Source: Bacillota bacterium (lineage in GTDB: Bacteria > Bacillota > SHA-98 > Ch115 > JABLXJ01). Taken from it: DNA of 64,000 nt. Shown here one piece after another: positions 58,706 to 64,000 of the stretch. The notes beneath the pieces were generated by a model that searched no databases, was not told the origin of the DNA, and saw only the letters and a list, made by a program, of their open reading frames with translations. The translations under genes were made by a program, and so were the position numbers. The stretch's first letter is position 1; each line of letters begins with the position of its first letter. The stretch is from positions 156,631 to 220,630 of the forward strand of contig JABLXJ010000006.1 in assembly GCA_013178125.1 (NCBI GenBank). Reading direction: 5' to 3'.

Positions 58706-60463
58706 CTAGACATCGGCGGCCTTCTTCGCCTCAGGCGCTGACCCTCTCCGGCACACCAGAGCCTGGAGGTAAGCCATTACGTAAGGCATTACATAGTAAT
58801 CGAGCCCAAAAGCCCTGCCCGCCCCTCCCAGCATCGGTATCGAAGCTACAAGGAACCATATGTTTCCCGTGCCTGAAAGCATGAAATTGATATTCATGAA
58901 TATGGAGCCGAGCCCCGCCAGAACCGTAAACAGGCCGAATATGAATGCGAGCCCGAGCACCAGCTCCCCAAGGGTGATCATCCTCTGGAAAAGCAATGCA
59001 TGCGGAAATACCACATTCTCCATAAATGCCGCATACCAGGCTGGCGTGTTAGGTCCCATCGGCACCAGCGACGATCCTGAAACCAGCTTATCGCCGGATA
59101 CCAGGAACCCGGCCTGCACCTTTTCAATCCCGGACGCCAGCCACTGGTAGCCAAGAAAGAGCCTGAGTATCACCAGCCAAAACATGCTAGCCTTCACGTT
59201 CAAATGCTTGTACAAACCCGATAAACCTCCCCTCTCATTGAGAAATTCCTCTTTCAGGTACCTTGATGTGAGCCACAGCTTCCCAACGCCAAAGAGATAA
59301 TGCAGATTGACAAGATGCTTCATGGCCATGGCAGGAAAGCCCCAGAGCGGGACCCCGGCGATATCAGCCACAGCGTAATGGCTTCCGATCGATACCATGA
59401 CCCCATGAAGCTTCGGTTTGAATTTCCCCTGCGGCTTGCCATGTATTGCAGATGCAATAGCCTCCGCTACGAAATCGGCACCCTGCAGCCCCGCCTCAAC
59501 CAACGCAGGCAACTCGCCATCATCGTTGGCAAACAGGGCATTATCCCCTATCGCGTAGACATCCGGGCACCTCTCCGTCTGCATGCGCTCGTTTACCATG
59601 ATGCGACCCCGGCGACCACATGGGAATCCCAAATCCCTCACATCCCCCCTGGTCTGGACACCGCCGGTCCATATCAGGGTGCGGGTTTTCAGGATTGTGC
59701 CGGATTTCAAGGCTATATGATCCTCACCAACTTCGGTTATAGGCGAATTCGTAAACACCATGATCCCCTTACGCTTCATGAACGCCATGGCTCTCTCCCT
59801 GAGGCTCGGCCTCAGGTTAGGAAGGATGGTTGGCAGCGCCTCGATCAAAATCACATGGACTTCGTGCGGGGATATCTCATGCTCGCGGCACAGATCGGGG
59901 ACCCATTCAACCAGCTCACCGACCATCTCGACACCGGTAAACCCCCCGCCGCCCACCACGAAGGTGAGGATTTCCTGGCGCTTCACTGGATCAGACTCAG
60001 ACCGGGCCTGCCTGAACATCTCACTCACCCGGCGCTTGATCCTGAGCGCGTCGTCAAGCGACCACAGCGTAAATGCATTTTCCTGCATACCGGGTATGCC
60101 GTAATACGCCGGCTCGCTCCCGCAGGCGAGGATCGCATAATCGTAGTGATATTCGGCGCTGGCGGACGAAAGAACGCGCTTCTCCGGGTCGATCTTGGTG
60201 ATTTTGTCGTTCACTACCTTGACGCTCGTTCCTGAGAAAACGCGTTCAAGGGGTATCTCGACGGCTTCAGGCCTGATTCTATTGCCGGCTACCTCATGGA
60301 GGTCGGTCAAGAGTACGTGGTTCGGACCGTCATTTATAAGTATTATACTGGCATCCTTTCCTCCAACAAGCCTGTCAAGCTTCTGAGCAACGTGAACTCC
60401 CGCATAGCCACCTCCCACTATTACTATTTCCTTCTTAGGCTGCACATCCGGTTCCCTCCCCAA
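58706..60463 (-). CDS. Type II NADH dehydrogenase (NDH-2) fused to a C-terminal DoxX-like multi-TM domain
   Basis: Two Rossmann motifs (IVIVGGGYAGV, FVVGGGGFTGVE), then ~170 aa with four TM helices (DoxX/DoxD-like). The architecture resembles the EET-specific Ndh2 of Listeria. Confidence 0.75.
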   Translation of the reverse strand: MGREPDVQPKKEIVIVGGGYAGVHVAQKLDRLVGGKDASIILINDGPNHVLLTDLHEVAGNRIRPEAVEIPLERVFSGTSVKVVNDKITKIDPEKRVLSSASAEYHYDYAILACGSEPAYYGIPGMQENAFTLWSLDDALRIKRRVSEMFRQARSESDPVKRQEILTFVVGGGGFTGVEMVGELVEWVPDLCREHEISPHEVHVILIEALPTILPNLRPSLRERAMAFMKRKGIMVFTNSPITEVGEDHIALKSGTILKTRTLIWTGGVQTRGDVRDLGFPCGRRGRIMVNERMQTERCPDVYAIGDNALFANDDGELPALVEAGLQGADFVAEAIASAIHGKPQGKFKPKLHGVMVSIGSHYAVADIAGVPLWGFPAMAMKHLVNLHYLFGVGKLWLTSRYLKEEFLNERGGLSGLYKHLNVKASMFWLVILRLFLGYQWLASGIEKVQAGFLVSGDKLVSGSSLVPMGPNTPAWYAAFMENVVFPHALLFQRMITLGELVLGLAFIFGLFTVLAGLGSIFMNINFMLSGTGNIWFLVASIPMLGGAGRAFGLDYYVMPYVMAYLQALVCRRGSAPEAKKAADV

Positions 60464-60811
60464 TCAAAGAAACTGGTTCACAAAGAAATTGATCCACAAA
60501 AGACACTATACCACTTTGAATACATAATTGACAACACTATATTGCTCACCATTGCGTATTATGCAGGCCGTTAACCATCCCGGCGAGCTACAGGCGCGAA
60601 GCAAATAGGCAAATGAGCAGTACTAGATTCTGGCATAATCCCGGGATGCAATTTTGCCGGGACAAACCCCGGTCAAACCCTATTGCATTTATCGGGTTTA
60701 TACTATAATATCTTTTTGGGTGGCCACCTAATTTCTACATAAACAACCCAAACTAAATCGCCAGGCTGCTAAATCAAGCAGGCAAGATTAAAAAAGGAGT
60801 TGACGTAGCAA

Positions 60812-61501
60812 GTGAAAACCAAAAGCCTTGCGCTGATTGCCTTGCTTTGCCTGACGGCGCTCATCGCCAGCGCCATACCTGCCCTGCCGGCGAGCCCTCG
60901 TTACCGCGATGGGTCGTTTGTTGGCGTCGTCAAGGATGCAAAACGCGGGGACACCGTCGTCGAAGTGGTCATTAAGGGCGGCAAGATAGCCGAGGTCGAT
61001 GTCGTCATGCCCACTGAGGACGAGGTCAAGAAGGAAAACTATCCTCCAGCGCTTGAAGCGCTCAAGAGCATCCCAAAACAGATCGTTGCAAAGCAATCAA
61101 CCGACGTCGATGTGGTAACAAAGGCGACAGGGAGCTCCAAAAAGTATATCGATGCGGTCAAGATGGCGCTCGCGAATGCAGAGCCCAGGACGGGCAAGCT
61201 CCCCGCGGGTGTAAAATGGCATGATGGCACCTACGCCGGCCTCGTCAGGGATCCCAAACATGGCGACTGCGTGGTCGAGGTTGTGATCAAGGGCGGGAAG
61301 ATGACGGAAGTCAACGTGATCGCGCCAACGGCCGAATACATGAAGAATTATAACTATGAACCTGGCAAGGAGGCCTACAGGGAAATCCCGAAGAGGATCC
61401 TGACTGCCCAATCCCCCGATGTCGACGTCTATACCAAGGCGACGGGGAGCAGCAAGAAGTATATGGATGCCGTCCGGCATGCGCTCGAGCAGGCCGAATA
61501 G
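60812..61501 (+). CDS. Secreted (lipo)protein with two tandem FMN_bind domains, PplA-like
   Basis: Signal peptide, then two repeats of ...VVEVVIKGGK..EV.V......E.........P...E....I.........VDV.TKATGSSKKY.DAV..AL... The TGSS sites are plausible ApbE flavinylation targets. Confidence 0.75.
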   Translation: MKTKSLALIALLCLTALIASAIPALPASPRYRDGSFVGVVKDAKRGDTVVEVVIKGGKIAEVDVVMPTEDEVKKENYPPALEALKSIPKQIVAKQSTDVDVVTKATGSSKKYIDAVKMALANAEPRTGKLPAGVKWHDGTYAGLVRDPKHGDCVVEVVIKGGKMTEVNVIAPTAEYMKNYNYEPGKEAYREIPKRILTAQSPDVDVYTKATGSSKKYMDAVRHALEQAE

Positions 61502-61710
61502 GATAGGGAGGAGTGACAGGGCCAAGTCCACACCACAGCAGTCCACAGCGTGGGACATATAGCGTGGGAAGGAGAGGAGATTTGCGGGAAGTCCCAGCCT
61601 CACACGAGGCGCCTGGGACTTCTCCGTGCTTATTCTAGTCCGCGTGGGTAATTCACGCGGCTGAATCCTGGACTGAATCCCGTTCTAATCCAAGTCGGAT
61701 TTGATCGGAT

Positions 61711-62898
61711 TTGGTCGTATTCTATTCTGGATTCGGAGGTCAGGCCGATTTGAAGGAAGGATTTGCCCGATTGAAGACGAAGGATAACGGGAGGAAGAGG
61801 CTTCATCTCAATACATCCGGCTTCTATGTAGTGGCCGCCTTATTCATCATCCTAGCTCTTGCAGTCTCCATCCGCCTGGGCCTTTGCCCGGGACTTGCCA
61901 CGGGCTTTAGCCCGGCCCCGGCCGAGAACGGCGATGGAGATGGACCGGTAAGTGGGACCAGATTCATGATGGGAACTGTCGTTACGATGAAGGCCTACGG
62001 TCCCGGGGCAGCAGGGGCGGTGGAGCAGGGTTTCGCACGCGTCAGAGAAATCGAGAATAAGATAAGCGTCAATATACAGGCCAGCGAGGTATCAAAGGTG
62101 AACAGCGAGGCCGGCCTGCGCCCGGTGCGCGTTGGCAGGGACGCTTTCGATATAGCGCGGAGCGCTCTGGAATATGCTGCCCTGACATCAGGTAAATTCG
62201 ACCCCGCTATCGGTCCCATTGTCAAACTCTGGGGGATCGGTACAGATCATGCCAGGGTCCCGGACCCAGATGTGCTTGCGGCGAAGCTCTCCCTTGTAGA
62301 TTACAGAGATGTGATCCTGGATGGTAATCGACACTCAATCATGCTTAAACGAAAAGGGATGGCCCTCGATTTTGGGGGCATCGCCAAGGGGTATGCCGCC
62401 GACGAGGTCGTCCGCATCTTCAAGGAAAGGGGCGTAAAAAGCGCCTATGTGGACCTGGGCGGCAATGTATTCGTCGTCGGGTCGCGTCCCGATGGCAGGC
62501 CGTGGCGGATTGCCATCCAGGACCCCAGGAAGGAGCGGGGCTTCTATGTCGGAATCATCGAGGCCAAGGACAAGAGCATAGTCACATCCGGCGATTACGA
62601 GCGTTACTTCGAGGCGAATGGCAAGCGGTATCATCATATCTTCGACCCGGCCACGGGCCGGCCGGCGGATTCGGGCATCATGAGCGCCACCATCATATCA
62701 GACCGCTCAATCGACGGCGATGCGCTGTCTACGAGCGTATTCATCCTGGGGCCCGAAAAGGGCCTCGAGCTCGTCAACAGATTGCCGGGGATCGAGGCCG
62801 TTATAATCACGACGGACCGGAAGGTTCTTATCTCCAGGGGCCTCGCCGAAAGCGGTGCTTTCACTATAACGAGCAAGGAGTACAGGCTTACACGATGA
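61711..62898 (+). CDS. apbE: ApbE-family FAD:protein FMN transferase
   Basis: RFMMGTVVTMKAY...FDPAIGPIVKLWGIG...DFGGIAKGYAADEV...SGDYER; an N-terminal membrane/signal segment. The true start may be downstream of the track start. Confidence 0.85.
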   Translation: MVVFYSGFGGQADLKEGFARLKTKDNGRKRLHLNTSGFYVVAALFIILALAVSIRLGLCPGLATGFSPAPAENGDGDGPVSGTRFMMGTVVTMKAYGPGAAGAVEQGFARVREIENKISVNIQASEVSKVNSEAGLRPVRVGRDAFDIARSALEYAALTSGKFDPAIGPIVKLWGIGTDHARVPDPDVLAAKLSLVDYRDVILDGNRHSIMLKRKGMALDFGGIAKGYAADEVVRIFKERGVKSAYVDLGGNVFVVGSRPDGRPWRIAIQDPRKERGFYVGIIEAKDKSIVTSGDYERYFEANGKRYHHIFDPATGRPADSGIMSATIISDRSIDGDALSTSVFILGPEKGLELVNRLPGIEAVIITTDRKVLISRGLAESGAFTITSKEYRLTR

Positions 62899-63323
62899 AA
62901 AAGGGAGACGCGCTCCTCCTAATTGCCATATCGGTCACTGTGGCCCTGACCCTTGCCCTGGGTCACATCCTCACCCCCAGGATGGGGGGAAGTGCCGCGT
63001 CCAGGCTGGCCGTTACGATCAAGGTCGATGGCAGGATGTACCGGACCATGCCCCTGGAGCCCGTGGGACATAAGACCTTCAAAATCAGGACGAAGCGCGG
63101 TGGATACGCGCTCCTGGAGATGCGGGATGGAAAGATTCGCATAGCTGAGTCCAACTGCCCCGAACAGGTTTGCGTAAGGACAGGATGGATATCGAGGCCG
63201 GGGCAATCAATAATTTGCGTTCCCAACCGTGTTATGGTATATATAAATGATATGGATGAATCCGACCACGGCCAGGCGGGCCAGGGCAGCAGCGAGGATG
63301 GCGTGGACGTCATAGTCTACTAA
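62895..63323 (+). CDS. NusG domain II (DUF1312)-containing membrane-anchored protein
   Basis: MKKGDALLLIAISVTVALTL...AVTIKVDGRMYRTMPL...EMRDGKIRIAESNCPEQVCVRTGWISRPGQSIICVPNRVMVYI. The ATG overlaps the apbE stop (ATGA). I prefer this start over the longer in-frame track ORF 62502..63323. Confidence 0.75.
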   Translation: MKKGDALLLIAISVTVALTLALGHILTPRMGGSAASRLAVTIKVDGRMYRTMPLEPVGHKTFKIRTKRGGYALLEMRDGKIRIAESNCPEQVCVRTGWISRPGQSIICVPNRVMVYINDMDESDHGQAGQGSSEDGVDVIVY

Positions 63324-63361
63324 ATTGTAGATGATATTCATATAGGTCTGGAGGCTCTAAA

Positions 63362-63967
63362 ATGTCCGGGACATCGAGGCTTGTGCGATGCGGCCTCCTG
63401 GTCGCATTCAGCCTGGTTCTATATGTTATCGAGGGACTCATACCCGTCCCCTTCATCGTCCCCGGCGCCAAGCTGGGGCTGGCCAATATCATCACCGTAG
63501 TGGCGATCGCTCTGCTGGGGCCAAGGGACGCCTTTATCATTGTTACGGTGCGTACCTTTCTCGCATCCCTTCTAACCGGCAACCTGACCAGCTTCTGGTT
63601 CAGCCTTTCAGGGGCTATCCTGAGCACCTCTGTCATGTCTCTGGCCTATACCCGTTTCGGGGAGGCATTCAGCATTGCCGGGATAAGCATCCTCGGAGGA
63701 ATCTTCCATAATATCGGCCAGCTCTTCGTCGCAAGCCTTGTCGTTGGCACATATGGAATCTATTCCTATTTGCCGCTCCTGCTGGTTGCCGGCACCTGCA
63801 CAGGCTACTTTGTCGGCCTCGCGGCCAGCTTCATCATCCGAACGATGCAGGTCAACCCGTTGTTCCGCCTTCATATGCAGGAGAGCTACCAGGCCGGCGG
63901 CCGGGGAGAAAACAGCGCCGCCCGCAACGCCGCCCACCAGGCCACGGCAGGGCAGGTCGCGAAGTGA
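63362..63967 (+). CDS. Gx-transporter / heptaprenyl-diphosphate-synthase-component-I-like (PF07456) membrane protein
   Basis: 201 aa with 5-6 TM helices and the pattern typical of the ECF-S-like Gx transporter family. Confidence 0.7.
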   Translation: MSGTSRLVRCGLLVAFSLVLYVIEGLIPVPFIVPGAKLGLANIITVVAIALLGPRDAFIIVTVRTFLASLLTGNLTSFWFSLSGAILSTSVMSLAYTRFGEAFSIAGISILGGIFHNIGQLFVASLVVGTYGIYSYLPLLLVAGTCTGYFVGLAASFIIRTMQVNPLFRLHMQESYQAGGRGENSAARNAAHQATAGQVAK

Positions 63968-64000
63968 CTCAAACCAGGAAACCAGGGATGAAAAGGGATG

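Noticed and set aside
59300-60235. 311-aa plus-strand ORF opposite the NDH-2 gene
   Set aside because: Antisense to a gene with clear Rossmann motifs.
62502-62894. Upstream extension of the NusG_II ORF overlapping apbE (track ORF 62502..63323)
   Set aside because: The ATG at 62895 overlaps the apbE stop in an ATGA arrangement and precedes the signal/TM segment. The extension overlaps the ApbE C-terminus in another frame.
1-64000. tRNA, rRNA, CRISPR arrays and IS/transposase/integrase genes
   Set aside because: Visual scan found no tRNA T-loop/acceptor signatures in intergenic regions, no rRNA-like conserved blocks, no regularly spaced repeat-spacer arrays, and no transposase- or integrase-like ORFs.

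Overview
This is a high-GC (~60-65%), gene-dense chromosome segment that looks like a Clostridia-type (Firmicutes) anaerobe. Nearly all long genes lie on the minus strand. I found no rRNA, tRNA, CRISPR array, transposase or integrase, so it reads as core genome with a few unusual insertions.

Main blocks in order:
- A candidate DNA-processing operon at the left edge. It consists of a DUF763 protein that I read as carrying an HhH motif, followed by an endonuclease-Q-like nuclease fused in frame to a UvrD/PcrA-family helicase. A standalone EndoQ paralog sits about 5 kb away and shares near-identical nucleotide segments with the fused copy.
- A HlyD adaptor plus MacB-type permease pair with no ATPase gene.
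- queG.
- An AT-rich island containing a tiny hydrophobic ORF, an intrinsic terminator and ATAG/TAGATA repeats.
- degV.
- The classic Clostridia shape/division cluster in reverse order: rodA-minEDC-pbp2-mreDCB-radC-maf, then nadE.
- rnfCDGEAB.
- An FNT formate channel, ndk and fhs.
- nfnAB, rex and a SpoIID/LytB-domain protein.
- A bifurcating-type [FeFe] hydrogenase module (HydA plus NuoF-, NuoE- and ferredoxin-like subunits) preceded by an RseC-like gene and an Hfs-type sensory cluster (HATPase, PHP, two DRTGG, a HydS-like degenerate hydrogenase, an anti-sigma-kinase-like protein).
- A SPOR protein, folC, nth, valS and an EF-G paralog.
- A secreted beta-rich hypothetical protein, a Cys-rich small protein, proC and ubiX.
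- A flavin-based extracytosolic electron-transfer-like locus: NDH-2 fused to a DoxX-like membrane domain, a tandem FMN-binding secreted protein, ApbE flavin transferase, a NusG_II/DUF1312 protein and a Gx-transporter/Hpre_diP_synt_I protein.

The most novel-looking item is the DUF763 / EndoQ::UvrD fusion operon. Coordinates I derived by hand (rather than from the ORF track) may be off by 1-2 nt.
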